Assembly: GCA_951406725.2 (NCBI GenBank)
Contig: OX597840.1
Location: 25,606,001-25,670,000, forward strand
Length of the DNA stretch: 64,000 bases
Direction of reading: 5' to 3'
Source: Octopus vulgaris
Lineage: Eukaryota
Shown here: positions 39,893-53,752 of the stretch, in pieces
How positions within the stretch are numbered: the first letter of the stretch is position 1
Layout of the letters: every line of letters begins with the position of its first letter
Position numbers and translations under genes: made by a program
Notes under the pieces: model-generated
The model's database searches: none
What the model was told of the DNA's origin: nothing
What the model saw: the letters and a program-made list of their open reading frames with translations, nothing else

Positions 39893-41523
39893 ATGGAGGA
39901 TGGTAATCTGTCAGACACTTCTAACACAGATATTTCTGACAATTTAGAATCGGTTAAACAGATATCCAGTGCTGAGGAATCGTTATCACATGGTAAGAAG
40001 CTGTTGGAGAGAAATATTAATTGCGAAGTTGATGGTGAATCTTTTGTAAATTCCAGTAATTTAAACAGACACACGGGGAAAAAACCATTTCAATGTGAGA
40101 TTTGTGGAAAATTGTTGCATTATAAATATCAGCTTGCTATCCACAGACGTAGCCACATGCGGGAGAAACCCTTTCACTGCGAAATATGTGGAAAAACATT
40201 CGTTGTTAAAAGTTCTTTAAATGCTCACAAAAAATTACACTCTAGAAAAAAAAATTTCCACTGTAAAATATGTGGAAAGTCTTATATTCAGAACTGTCTA
40301 CTCATTTACCATATCCGCACTCACACTGGAGAAAGGCCATTCCATTGCGAAATATGTGGAAAATATTTCTTCACAAACAGTCATCTAAAAGGGCACAAAA
40401 AGATTCATTCTGGGAAAAAGGAATTTAAATGTGAAATCTGTGGAAAGTCTTATGCTCAGAACTATCGACTTGTTTACCATATCCGTACTCACACTGGAGA
40501 AAAACCATTCCACTGTGTAATTTGTGGAAAGTCTTATTCTCGGAACTCTCAACTTGTTGACCATATCCGTACTCACACTGGAGAAAAACCATTCCACTGT
40601 GTAATTTGTGGAAAGTCTTATTCTCAGAACTATCAACTTGCTAACCATATCCGTACTCACACTGTAGAAAAACCATTCCACTGTGAAATTTGTGGAAAGT
40701 CTTATTCTCAGAACTCTCAACTTGTTAACCATATCCGTACTCACACTGGAGAAAAACCATTCCACTGTGAAATTTGTGGGAAATGTTTTTGAATAATGGT
40801 GGACTTGTTACCCACAAAAGGGTCCACACAGGTGAAAAACCTTTTTCTTGTGATCTTTGTGGGAAATCTTACTCCAGTAGTTCTAATTTAAAACAACATA
40901 AACTCCGACATATTGGTAAAAAAGAATTCCATTGTGAAACTTGTGGGAAATCTTATTTTAATAATGGTGATTTAAAAACGCACAAAATAATCCATGATGG
41001 CGAAAAACAATTCCACTGTGAAATTTGTGGGAAAGGTTTTATGAGAAATGTTGGACTTGTTGCCCACAAAAGGGTACACACAGGTGAAAAACCTTTTTCT
41101 TGTGATCTTTGTGGGAAATCTTACATCTCTGGAAGTAATTTAAAAAGACATAAACTCCAACACATCGGGGAAAAAGAATTCCATTGTGAAACTTGTGGGA
41201 AATCTTATTTCAATAACAGTGACTTGAAAAGGCATCGGAGGAAACATGTTGGAGAAAAAACATTTCACTGTGAAATCTGTGGGAAATCTTTCTTTGATAA
41301 TTGTAACCTTATTGCTCACATCCGTACTCACACCGGAGAAAAGCCTTATCATTGTGAAATGTGTGATAAATCCTTTGTCTCTAGAGGACACTTAAATACA
41401 CACAGACGAAAACATACTGGGGAAAAGCCTTATCATTGTGACATCTGTGGAAAATCATTTTTGTGGAAAATTACATTGACTAGACACAAACACAGTGTAG
41501 AGAAGACTTTGAATAATGAGTGA
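39893..41523 (+). CDS. C2H2 zinc-finger protein, family B, ~17 fingers; split by a 1-bp frameshift at ~40786-40790
   Basis: Acidic N-terminus MEDGNLSDTSNTD. ORFs 39863..40792 and 40774..41523 join if the T5 run is T6 as in the paralog (CGKCFLNNGGL). Confidence 0.8.
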
Positions 41524-43249
41524 CCTGAGAAATCCTTCTCTTGTAAATGTCAACTAAGTTTACACATAAGCGTATGCTGAATAGTTCCTGGCTTCAAGGG
41601 TATCACCAAAGGCCCAACTTTAGAAGTTCTTTTACAGGGCTTAGAAAAACTGAAGGACCACTGCAATAATTGTGTTTGAATCTGAGAGAGGAATATGTAC
41701 AATAAATCGTAATTAACCTATCTTGTATTTTCTTTTACCCAGAGCCAGGAACTCTTTAGCAACCCCTCATATATATATATCTATATATATATACATATAT
41801 ATATTGGGGTACATTTTTTCTGGTGAAATATGTTGGAAATCATTTTCTTTGAGTTCTCAACATTCAGGCTAAAAATCTGCTCGTATTTGAGAGAAACTGT
41901 TTTCAAAAAGCATTTGGAAATTATAAATATGTGAATACAGACTGGAGAAAATAAAATTTTTCTTGTGAAATTCACGAAATTTCTTTCTTTGTTTTATTCA
42001 TGTTGCTCACGAAAAATCGTAAAAAATTGGTATTTTCATAGAAAAAAAGCACCTTTTTGATGTAAATAATTTTTGGCTTTAACATGGTCCGATTTGAATT
42101 TTTTCTTCTACGGAAGGAAGAGCAAGCCTTCTTCTATCATACTCTCAATTTTGGTCAACTTGCACCGCAGGGTCTCGGAGGAGATAGTGTTAGTTGAAGG
42201 TTATCAAACCTGCCATACACACACAGACAACTTCAGCTTTATCGTCATCGTTTAAAGTCCGTTTTCCATGCTAGCATGGGTTGGACGGTTCAGCAGGGAT
42301 CTGGGAAGCCAGGAGGCTGAACCAGGCTCCAGTCTGTTCTGGCAGTGTTTCTACAGCTGGGTGCCCTTCCTAACGCCAACCACTCCGTGAGTGTAGTGAA
42401 TGCTTTTTACGTGCCACCTGCACGGAAGCCAGTCGAGGCGGCGCTGGCATCGGCCACGTTCGTATATAGATTTATGGGAAACAGTGGTGGATCGCGAATG
42501 CTAGTAATTTTCAATTACAACAGAGATGCCACAAGAATTTTATACTTTACTTAACTATTTTGAAGGTCCATTTGTTAGCCATCAAAAGAGACACGGTGAA
42601 AGACTAGCAACTCTATTTCAACTTGAAATAGGGAATATTTCACCAAGAAACATTGAACAGAGAAGATCCTACGAAGAATCATTCAGAGGCAGCTGTTGGT
42701 CGATTACAATATGAATTTAGTATTCAATGTCCAACTCTGTGAAGATTAATAAATGACCTACGTAGAATACTGAGAGGGGGAAATGTGCACTATGAACTTT
42801 TATAAGATACATGAACCACCAGCTAATCTTTAAAATATATAGTGATGCAGACAGTAGAATATGTGAAACTGTTATGAATTTTGGAAACATGGATGATGTC
42901 AAGGAGTGTTGTTCGTAATTAGCAAACGAAGAACTGAATAAAGTTAGATTTTCTAAGTAAATAAAATGCTTTTTCTTTTATTAAAAAATAATATTTGACT
43001 GTCAGGTAAAGGGAGATAACTGCATTTGAATTGTTCCACTTGATTTCTGTATTTGGTTGATTAAGATTGCAAATAACAAGAATACTGTTTAGGAAATGTA
43101 TTTTATCTTTAAAAAGCGCGATATAGTCATAAGTGGAAGGGATGGCAGACCTAATTCTCTTTTATCAGCCTGTATATCAAAAATTAGTCGCATACAAAGA
43201 AATATAAGTAAACGGAAATTTAGTGGTGAATGCCCGTTTTATCAAGAAT

Positions 43250-43530
43250 TGATTTCTTTTCAGGCAAACCATGTCGACTTTTGTATTCACCCTTTTTGCT
43301 GTTCCTAATTGGAAATCGACACCGTTTAATGTCACTTTTTCCCGCAATAATTGTTTAGTTTGTTTACGTTTCTTTGATTTCCGATCGGCTGAGATATTAA
43401 GGGAGAAAAGGGATCGATACCATTGATTGCCTTTCTCGTAGTGTTAAATGATGTTTAGGGACATTTGACTCGTGCGACCAGAAATCATTGAAGCGAGAGA
43501 AAAGTTTATCAACGACACGGCCACCCTGGG
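43250..43530 (+). promoter_or_regulatory. Probable promoter/exon 1 of the second ZNF-B gene
   Basis: Donor GTAAGT at 43531; candidate acceptor AG ending at 48384. Confidence 0.6.
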
Positions 43531-43774
43531 GTAAGTTTCAGGTAGATTAATTATATCAGACTGATGTCGCATTTGTCTTGTCTTTAAAAGCCAAACTTCA
43601 GGAATTTAGCTTTTCTTTTTCTTTTGGTTGGCTTCGTAATGACCAGGTTATGGCTTTTGTTTTCTCATTTGGATGGGTGTAGAATGGGACTTTGGCCTTT
43701 CAGGGGTCATTTGATACCCTTCAGTGCAGAAAGACATTTTTTTAAATAAACGCTTTATTGACAATTGCTGCCTG

Positions 43775-43790
43775 CATATATATATATATA

Positions 43791-43834
<44 letters not shown>

Positions 43835-43902
43835 CGTATATATATATATATATCTGTGTGTGTATATATATATATATGTGTGTGTATATATATATATATA
43901 TA

Positions 43903-43942
<40 letters not shown>

Positions 43943-44256
43943 TATGTGTGCGTATATATATATATATATATGTGTGTGTATATTTACATATATATATATG
44001 TGTGTATATATATATATATATGTGTGTGTATATATATATATATACATATATATATATGTGTGTGTATATATATATATGTGTGTATATATATATGTGTATA
44101 TATGTATATATATATGTATATATATATATGTGTATATATATATATAGGTGTATGTATATATATATAAATGTATATATATGTATATGTATATATATGTGTA
44201 TATATATATATATATATATGTGTATATATATATGTGTGTATATATATGTGTATATG

Positions 44257-44289
<33 letters not shown>

Positions 44290-44304
44290 GTATATATGTG
44301 TGTA

Positions 44305-44351
<47 letters not shown>

Positions 44352-44386
44352 GTGTATATATATATATATATATATGTGTATATATG

Positions 44387-44418
<32 letters not shown>

Positions 44419-44426
44419 TACGTGTG

Positions 44427-44459
<33 letters not shown>

Positions 44460-44632
44460 GTATATATATATGTATATATATATATGTATATATATGTATA
44501 TATATATGTATATATATGTATATATATGTATATATATATATATGTATATATATATGTATATATATGTATATATATATATGTATATATATATATGTATATA
44601 TATGTATATATATATATGTATATATATATATT
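43775..44632. repeat. ~860-bp (TA)n/(TATG)n microsatellite tract
   Basis: Direct inspection. Confidence 0.97.
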
Positions 44633-45186
44633 TATTATTATTGTGTCCCCATCTAGTAGCGTTGTCGTTGTCTTTCGTCTCAAATGCTAGCTGAAGCATA
44701 AAAACTTTCACTCACAAAAACTTATTCACACCACCGCAAAGCATTTCATCTCAATCCTGTCTTCTTTCTGCCGCCATGCTGGAGCACCGCCTTTATTCGA
44801 GCAAATCGACCCCGGGACTTATTCTTTGTAAGCCCAGTACTTATTCTATCGGCCTCTTTTTGCCGAACCGCTAAGTGACGGGGACCTAAACACACCAGCA
44901 TCGGTTGTCAAGCAATGCTAGGGGGACAAACACAGACACACAAACACACACACATATACATATATACGACAGGCTTCTTTCAGTTTCCGTCTACCAAATC
45001 CACTCACAAGGCATTGGTCGGCCCGGGGCTATAGTAGAAGACACTTGCCCAAGATGCCATGCAGTGGGACTGAACCCGCAACCGTGTGGTTGGTTAGCAA
45101 GCTACTTACCACACAGCCACTCCTGCGCCTATGTATATATATATATATATTAATAAAGGAAATAAAACATATGCATATATATAAAC

Positions 45187-45218
<32 letters not shown>

Positions 45219-45227
45219 TGTATATAC

Positions 45228-45373
<146 letters not shown>

Positions 45374-47147
45374 TACTTATTCGTTTCACGTAAGCCAAGT
45401 TAACTTTTGTATTGCTCTTCTCAATTTAAATCGCACCGTTCCTTCTATAATTACTTCGTTAAGCCGCGTGCTTTCAATTTACCAACGACCTGAAATGTCT
45501 TTGCGGCTGTATTTAATACCAGCTAGGGACATTTAATTAATATTACCAGTTGTAATCACTGAGGCGAAAGAAAGATAGACTATCACCAACACATCGAACT
45601 TAGAATATATTTCAGGTAATTTAATTATACCACGTGTAGTAATTAACTCCTGTTGGGGTGAACGTTTACCTTTATTGATAATTAAATACGACCGATATGA
45701 GGTATCGAAGTCGGGGTTTCATCACCTGGATGATTAAATATTTTATTTGGCGATCTTTACAAACGAAACTTCGCCTTTTTTTCTAATCACCTGAAATTGT
45801 AAAAATTTTCACTAGAATTCTCTCAAAATATGTAGTTCGCAGGCTGAGGACGAAAAGCGCCTTCATTTTTTTAAATTACAGGTTGTTTTTCTGGGAAATA
45901 AACCAGTGCTTTTCAAACTTTTTGCTGGAGCGGAACCCCAAGGAAACATTCCACTAGCTCGAGGAACCGCTGTACAATAATTTAATAGTCTTATGCACAC
46001 ATATCTGCACAGGCGAATTAAAAATTACTGCCGATTTTAGCAATTTTGTAACTTCTTGCGGAACCCTGGTTGAAAACCACTGAAATAAACAATAGAAAAG
46101 TTACAAGCTTACTTTTACCCAATAGGCAACATATTATTCGGCATACGGGTAGTCATGACTGTGTCCCCACGGGGACAACATGTACAAGCACTTTACGTGG
46201 TCTCCCGACCTGCTAGATATAACTGACTAATCTTCCTTTCAACTACACCATAAAAATACGAAAGGACTACACTGAAGGAAGGCCCAAGTGCTTTCAACTT
46301 GATCAGTGTATTAATAACATTTAAATTAAAGTCGATCTCTACAGATGGGGAATTACAACCGTGTTTCGTGGTCTGCTACCACAACAGCTCCTTTATAGGA
46401 TCCAGTTAGCTCAAGACTTCATCAGGAGGAACCACGTCCGCTTTCGGCCCCTATTCCTCTACCGTTTTGAATCCTTAAAGCATTTACTGTGCCCATAAGA
46501 TCAATATTAAACGTATTTTTCGTTTCCTTACGACAGAATTGTAAACGAAGGTGCAGGAGTGGCTGTGTGATAAGTAGCTTGCTAACCAACCACATGGTTC
46601 CGGGTTCAGTCCCACTGCGTGGCATCTTGGGCAAGTGTCTTCTACTATAGCCTCGGGCCGACCAAAGCCTTGTGAGTGGATTTGGTAGACTGAAAGAAGC
46701 CTGTCGTATATATGTATATATATATGTATGTGTGTCTGTGTTTGTCCCTCTAGCATTGCTTGACAACCGATGCTGGTGTGTTTACGTCCCCGTTAACTTA
46801 GCGGTTCGGCAAAAGAGACCGATAGAATAAGTACTGGGCTTACAAACAATAAGCCCGGGGTCGAGTTGCTCGACTAAAGGCGGTACTCCGGCATGGCTGC
46901 AGTCAAATGACTGAAACAAGTAAAAGAGTAAAAGGGAAGTTCAAAAGTGTCGGTGGGTGTGGAGAAAGGATCGGTTATCAATATTGTTATTGTATGAAGT
47001 ATATTGATGATGATTTTGGTATTGATAGCATTTTTTTCTCTACGATCAAACCTAATAAAACAATTTCAACGTTGGCGCACCTTCAATTTGTTGTTGTTTT
47101 TGTAAGGCTTAAAGGCACGTTTCTTTCCTGCCAAGCTTACTGTTTAA

Positions 47148-48075
47148 CCCTTTTGTTACTGTATTTATTTTGAGATGCTCTGTGTTTTTCTCAATTATTT
47201 TAGATATAACAAAGAATTTAGTAAAATAACTTAGTTATCATTAAGCTAGTGTTAGGAACATAAATTGTGACTAAGGTTTGGTGGAAGATTTTAATTCAAA
47301 ACTTTTTGAAAACAAGACATTTGTACTAAAGAGCCAGAGATGGTTTCAGTCATGTCGGTATGGGAAGGGTTAAATTAATCATCTGTTAACCCTTTTGTTA
47401 CCGTATTCCTTTTGAGTTGCTCTGTGTTTCTTTCAATTTATTCTAAATATAACAAAGAATTTAGTAAAAGAACTTAGTTATCATTAAGCTAGTGTTAGGA
47501 ACATAAATTGTGACTAAGGTTTGGTGGAAGATTTTAATTCAAAACTTATGAAAACAAGACATTTGTACTCAGAGCTAGAGGTGGTTTCAGTCAGGTCGGT
47601 ATGGGAAGGGTTACATTAATCATTTTTTAACCCTTTTGTTACCGTATTCCTTTTGAGATGCTCTGTGTTTCTTTCAATATATTCTAAATATAACAAAGAA
47701 TTTAGTAAAAGAACTTAGTTATCATTAAGCTAGTGTTAGGAACATAAATTGTGACTAAGGTTTGGTGGAAGATTTTAATTCAAAACTTATGAAAACAAGA
47801 CATTTGTACTCAGAGCTAGAGGTGATTTCAGTCAGGTCGGTATGGGAAGGGTTAAATTAATCATTTTTTAACCCTTTTGAGATGCTCTGTGTTTCTTTCA
47901 ATTTATTCTAAATATAACAAAGAATTTAGTAAAATAACTTAGTTATCATTAAGCTAGTGTTAGGAACATAAATTGTGACTAAGGTTTGGTGGAAGATTTT
48001 AATTCAAAACTTATGAAAACAAGACATTTGTACTCAGAGCTAGAGGTGGTCTCAGCCGGGTTGGTAACAAAAGGG
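47148..48075. mobile_element. Four tandem copies of the piggyBac-like MITE
   Basis: Units start at ~47148, 47390, 47631 and 47872, separated by ttaaattaatcat..ttaa-type spacers. The paralogous site at 39026 has one copy. Confidence 0.85.
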
Positions 48076-48715
48076 TTAAACCATGTTTGTGTTCTCCCAG
48101 TCAACAGCCTTATCATTACTGGTACTTTAAACTCTTCGGTTGCATATTTGTGTGAATAAAATCGCTTTTCTTTGGAATAGAAAAAATGTCTATCTTTATT
48201 TCTTCTTTTGCTGGTGTCTCAAATTTAGGTCAAATCAGTTTTTCTCAAAGGGGAGGCCTATGGGATGGTCAGACAAGTTGTTTTGAGAAGATTTGGTTTA
48301 AATGTTTGACAACTCAGCACTGTCCATTGACGGGGGGGCGTTTTGCTCGTATCTTATATAATTCTATATTTTCTTCTTTTACAGTTGTGCTGAGTGTTCC
48401 ATCACAGCCTGTCATCCACAGAAATTCTGATTCCACCAGAATACCTGCAACCGGTCTTTTATGGATTTTTATTAACTCTATCCCCAATTCTTAATATAGA
48501 CATAGAAATCTTTTTATCTACAATATCTGTAGCACTTGAAGATATCCTTCCCAATGAGCAACAACCATTCTAAGAATTATATAAAGAAAAAATATTTACT
48601 TTGTATGTTTCCTGCATGTGTAAACAAAGTCCCATGATTTGGATATCGTAAGAAACGAAACCACAACAGATTATAACCACAAACATTGTTTTTTAAGAAT
48701 TTCTCTGGAGTTAAT

Positions 48716-50095
48716 ATGGAGGATGGTAATCTGTCAGACACTTCTAACACAGATATTTCTGACAATTTAGAATCGGTTAAACAGATATCCAGTGCTGAGG
48801 AATCGTTATCACATGGTAAGAAGCTGTTGGAGAGAAATATTAATTGTGAAATTTATGGTGAATCTTTTGTAAATTCCAGTAATTTAAACAGACACACGGG
48901 GAAAAAACCATTTCAATGTGAGATTTGTGGAAAATTGTTGCATCGTAAATATCAGCTTGCTATCCACAGACATAGCCACACGGGGAAAAAACCATTTCAA
49001 TGTGAGATTTGTGGAAAATTGTTGCATTATAAATATCAGCTTGCTATCCACAGACGTAGCCACACGGGGGAGAAACCCTTTCACTGCAAAATATGTGGAA
49101 AAACATTCGTTGTTAAAAGTTCTTTAAATGCTCACAAAAAATTACACTCTAGAAAAAAAAATTTCCACTGTAAAATATGTGGAAAGTCTTATACTCTGAA
49201 CTGTCTACTCGTTTACCATATCCGTACTCACACTGGAGAAAGGCCATTCCATTGCGAAATATGTGGAAAATATTTCTTCACAAACAGTCATCTAAAAGGG
49301 CACAAAAAGATTCATTCTGGGAAAAAGGAATTTAAATGTGAAATTTGTGGGAAATGTTTTTTGAATAATGGTGGACTTGTTACCCACAAAAGGGTCCACA
49401 CAGGTGAAAAACCTTTTTCTTGTGATCTTTGTGGGAAATCTTACTCCGATAGTTCTAATTTAAAAAAACATAAACTCCGACATATTGGTAAAAAAGAATT
49501 CCATTGTGAAACTTGTGGGAAATCTTATTTTAATAATGGTGATTTAAAAACGCACAAAATAATCCATGATGGCGAAAAACAATTCCACTGTGAAATTTGT
49601 GGGAAAGGTTTTATGAGAAATGTTGGACTTGTTGCCCATAAAAGGGTACACACAGGTGAAAAACCTTTTTCTTGTGATCTTTGTGGGAAATCTTACATCT
49701 CTGGAAGTAATTTAAAAAGACATAAACTCCAACACATCGGGGAAAAAGAATTCCATTGTGAAACTTGTGGGAAATCTTATTTCAATAACAGTGACTTGAA
49801 AAGGCATCGGAGGAAACATGTTGGAGAAAAAACATTTCACTGTGAAATCTGTGGGAAATCTTTCTTTGATAATTGTAACCTTATTGCTCACATCCGTACT
49901 CACACCGGAGAAAAGCCTTATCATTGTGAAATGTGTGATAAATCCTTTGTCTCTAGAGGGTACTTAAATACACACAGACGAAAACATACTGGGGAAAAGC
50001 CTTATCATTGTGACATCTGTGGAAAATCATTTTTGTGGAAAATTACATTGACTAGACACAAACACAGTGTAGAGAAGACTTTGAATAATGAGTGA
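48716..50095 (+). CDS. C2H2 zinc-finger protein, family B, 14 fingers (last atypical)
   Basis: Intact ORF from ATG 48716 (MEDGN...) to TGA, with TGEKPF/Y linkers. Confidence 0.88.
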   Translation: MEDGNLSDTSNTDISDNLESVKQISSAEESLSHGKKLLERNINCEIYGESFVNSSNLNRHTGKKPFQCEICGKLLHRKYQLAIHRHSHTGKKPFQCEICGKLLHYKYQLAIHRRSHTGEKPFHCKICGKTFVVKSSLNAHKKLHSRKKNFHCKICGKSYTLNCLLVYHIRTHTGERPFHCEICGKYFFTNSHLKGHKKIHSGKKEFKCEICGKCFLNNGGLVTHKRVHTGEKPFSCDLCGKSYSDSSNLKKHKLRHIGKKEFHCETCGKSYFNNGDLKTHKIIHDGEKQFHCEICGKGFMRNVGLVAHKRVHTGEKPFSCDLCGKSYISGSNLKRHKLQHIGEKEFHCETCGKSYFNNSDLKRHRRKHVGEKTFHCEICGKSFFDNCNLIAHIRTHTGEKPYHCEMCDKSFVSRGYLNTHRRKHTGEKPYHCDICGKSFLWKITLTRHKHSVEKTLNNE

Positions 50096-51819
50096 CCTGA
50101 GAAATCCTTCTCTTGTAAATGTCAACTAAGTTTACACATAAGCGTATGCTGAATAGTTCCTGGCTTCAAGGGTATCACAAAAGGCCTGGTCAAATGCCGA
50201 ACTTTGGAAGTTCTTTTACAGGGCTTAGAAAAACTGAAGGACCACTGCAATAATTGTGTTTGAATCTGAGAGAGGAATATGTACAATAAATCGTAATTAA
50301 CCTATCTTGTATTTTCTTTTACCCAGAGCCAGGAACTCTTTAGCAACCCCTCATATATATATATCTATATATGTATATTGGGGTACATTTTTTCTCTGGT
50401 GAAATATGTTGGAAATCATTTTCTTTGAGTTCTCAACATTCAGGCTAAAAATCTGCTCGTATTTGAGAGAAACTGTTTTCAAAAAGCATTTGGAAATTAT
50501 AAATATGTGAATACAGACTGGAGAAAATAAAATTTTTCTTGTGAAATTCACGAAATATCTTTCTTTGTTTTATTCATGTTGCTCACGAAAAATCGTAAAA
50601 AATTGGTATTTTTATAGAAAATAAATGCACCTTTTTGATGTAAATAATTTTTGGCTTTAACATGGTCCGATTTGAATTTTTTCTTCTACGGAAGGAAGAG
50701 CAAGCCTTCTTCTATCATACTCTCAATTTTGGTCAACTTGCACGACAGGGTCTCGGAGGAGATAGTGTTAGTTTAAGGCTATCAAACCTGCCATACACAG
50801 ACAACTTCAGCTTTATCATCATCGTTTAAAGTCCGTTTTCCATGCTAGCATTGGTTGGACGGTTCAGCAGGGATCTGGGAAGCCAGGAGGCTGAACCAGG
50901 CTCCAGTCTGTTCTGGCAGTGTTTCTACAGCTGGGTGCCCTTCCTAACGCCAACCACTCCGTGAGTGTAGTGGATGCTTTTTACGTGCCACCTGCACGGA
51001 AGCCAGTCGAGGCGGCGCTGGCATCGGCCACGTTCGTATATAGATTTATGGGAAACGGTGGTGGATCGCGAATGCTAGTAATTTTCAATTACAACAGAGA
51101 TGCCACAAGAATTTTATACTTTACTTAACTATTTTGAAGGTCCATTTGTTAGCCATCAAAAGAGACACGGTGAAAGACTAGCAACTCTATTTCACCCTGA
51201 AATAGGGAATATTTCACCAAGAAACATTGAACAGAGAAGATCCTACGAAGAATCATTCAGAGGCAGCTGTTGGTCGATTACAATATGAATTTAATATTCA
51301 ATGTCCAACTCTGTGGAGATTAATAAATGACCTACGTAGAATACTGAGAGGGGGAAATGAGCACTATGAACTTTTTATAAGATACATGAACCACCAGCTA
51401 ATCTTTAAAATATATAGTGATGCAGACAGTAGAATATGTGAAACTGTTATGAATTTTGGAAACATGGATGATGTCAAGGAGTGTTGTTCGTAATTAGCAA
51501 ACGAAGAACTGAATAAAGCTAGATTTTCTAAGTAAATAAAATGCTTTTTCTTTTATTAAAAAATAATATTTGACAGTCAGGTAAAGGGAGATAACTCCAT
51601 TTGAATTGTTCCACTTGATTTCTGTATTTGGTTGATTAAGATTGCAAATAACAAGAATACTGTTTAGGAAACGTATTTTATCTTTAAAAAGCGCGATATA
51701 GTCATAAGTGGAAGGGATGGCAGACCTAATTCTCTTTTATCAGCCTGTATATAAAAAATTAGTCGCATACAAAGAAATATAAGTAAACGGAAATTTAGGG
51801 GTGAATGCCCGTTTTATCA

Positions 51820-52105
51820 AGAATTGATTTCTTTTCAGGCAAGCCAGGTTGACTTTTGTATTCACCCTTTTTGCTGTTCCTAATTGGAAATCGACACCGT
51901 TTAATGTCACTTTTTCCCGCAATAATTGTTTAGTTTGTTTACGTTTCTATGATTTCCGATCGGCTGAGATATTAAGGGAGAAAAGGGATCGATACCATTG
52001 ATTGCCTTTCTCGTAGTGCTAAATGATGTTTAGGGACATTTGACTCGTGCGACCAGAAATCATTGAAGCGAGAGAAAAATTTATCAACGACACGGCCACC
52101 CTGGG
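51820..52105 (+). promoter_or_regulatory. Probable promoter/exon 1 of the third ZNF-B gene
   Basis: Donor GTAAGT at 52106; candidate acceptor CAG at 53421-53423. Confidence 0.6.
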
Positions 52106-52348
52106 GTAAGTTTCGGGTAGATTAATTATATCAGACTGATGTCGCATTTGTCTTGTCTTTAAAAGCGAAATTGTCAGGAATTTAGCTTTTCTTTTTCTTT
52201 TGGTTGGCTTCGTAATGACCAGGTTATGGCTTTTGTTTTCTCATTTGGATGGGTGTAGAATAGGACTTTGGCCTTTCAGGGGTCATTTGATACCCTTCAG
52301 CGCAGAAAGACATTTTTTAAAATAAACGCTTTATTGACAATAGCTGCC

Positions 52349-52382
<34 letters not shown>

Positions 52383-52384
<2 letters not shown>

Positions 52385-52574
52385 TACTATTTGACAAGAG
52401 TGGTCCCAGTACGCGCACTCGTGCATCCGCGCAAGCTAGTCCTGACTAGTCGATCCTACAACGACTACCTAGCAAAGTAAATAAAACAAAATAACTTTTT
52501 GCACAAAGTAAAGATCGAGGAGTAGAGCGGATGCGCTACTACGCGCACCGGGACCACTCTTCTGAAATAGTACC
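52383..52574. mobile_element. MITE with GGTACTATTT termini in a TA tract (Merlin-like, tentative)
   Basis: ggtactatttgacaagagtggtccc...gggaccactcttctgaaatagtacc imperfect TIRs of ~45 bp. Confidence 0.75.
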
Positions 52575-53109
52575 ATATACATATATGAGTCTGCGTATCC
52601 GATTTTGTCTCAATAAACCATGATACACATCATCATCATCATCATCATCGTCGTTTAGCGTCCGCTTTCCATGCTAGCTTGGGTTGGACGGTGCAACTGG
52701 GGTCTGGGAAGCCAGAAGGCTGCACCAGGCTTTTTACGTGCCACCGGCACAGGTGTCAGACGAGGCTGGCAAACGGCCACACATTGTGCTTTTTCTTGAG
52801 GGGTAGCCATTTCTTAGGGGTTCGTTAAAAAAGATGCTTCTTTAATCTGCAGAATGCCTGAAACACAAAAATTACAATGTGATTAAAGTGGTTGGAAGAA
52901 ATTTAACAAGATCTGTATTACTACCACAATATGTAATTTAAACTTTTATACCGCGTGTGTGGACAAATCTGATCTCCTTGGATTTCATCACACACAAACA
53001 CACACGTTTTGTTTATTCTTATATACATATCTTATATAAAATTTGGTTTAAATGTTTGACAACTCAGCACCTTCCATTGGACGGGGGGCGTTTTGCTTGT
53101 ATATATATA

Positions 53110-53395
53110 TATATAATTACAAATTGAGATAGGGGTTGTAAATGCAACCCTCCATAGGATAACATATATCCAATATACTGCTAGTGAAGTACCCAATTCT
53201 GTTTTATATATATACTACTTATTATACAACTTTGCTCTTTTATGTACATTCCTTTATGTACACTGATTTGTTCCGCATTTTATATTTAACCCTACAGTCT
53301 CTTATGTGGTGGTTTAATAAAGTATGTGATTGAGTATTATCTGGTAATTGATATTTGATTGGGATGTATTTCTCCATTTTCTTATTTTGTATATA
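53110..53395. repeat. Unclassified TA-flanked interspersed element (relative in opposite orientation at ~57415-57665)
   Basis: gagataggggttg....caaccc.ccat.ggataacatatatccaat is shared. It is absent at the paralogous intron position before the acceptors at 39561 and 48384. Confidence 0.6.
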
Positions 53396-53752
53396 TATAA
53401 TTCTATATTTTCTTCTTTTACAGTTGTGCTGAGTGTTCCATCACAGCCTGTCATCCACAGAAATTCTGATTCTACCAGAATACCTGCAACCGGTCTTTTA
53501 TGGATTTTTATTAACTCTATCCACAATTATTAATATGGACATAGAAACCTTTTTATCTACAATATCTGTAGCGCTTGGAGATATCCTTCCCAACCAGCAA
53601 CAACCATTCTAAATTATTATAAAGAAAAAATATTTACTTTGTATGTTTTCTGCACGTGTAAACAAAGTCCCATGATTTGGATATCGTAAGAAACTAACCA
53701 CAACAGATTATAACCACAAACATTGTTTTTTAAGAATTTCTCTGGAGTTAAT

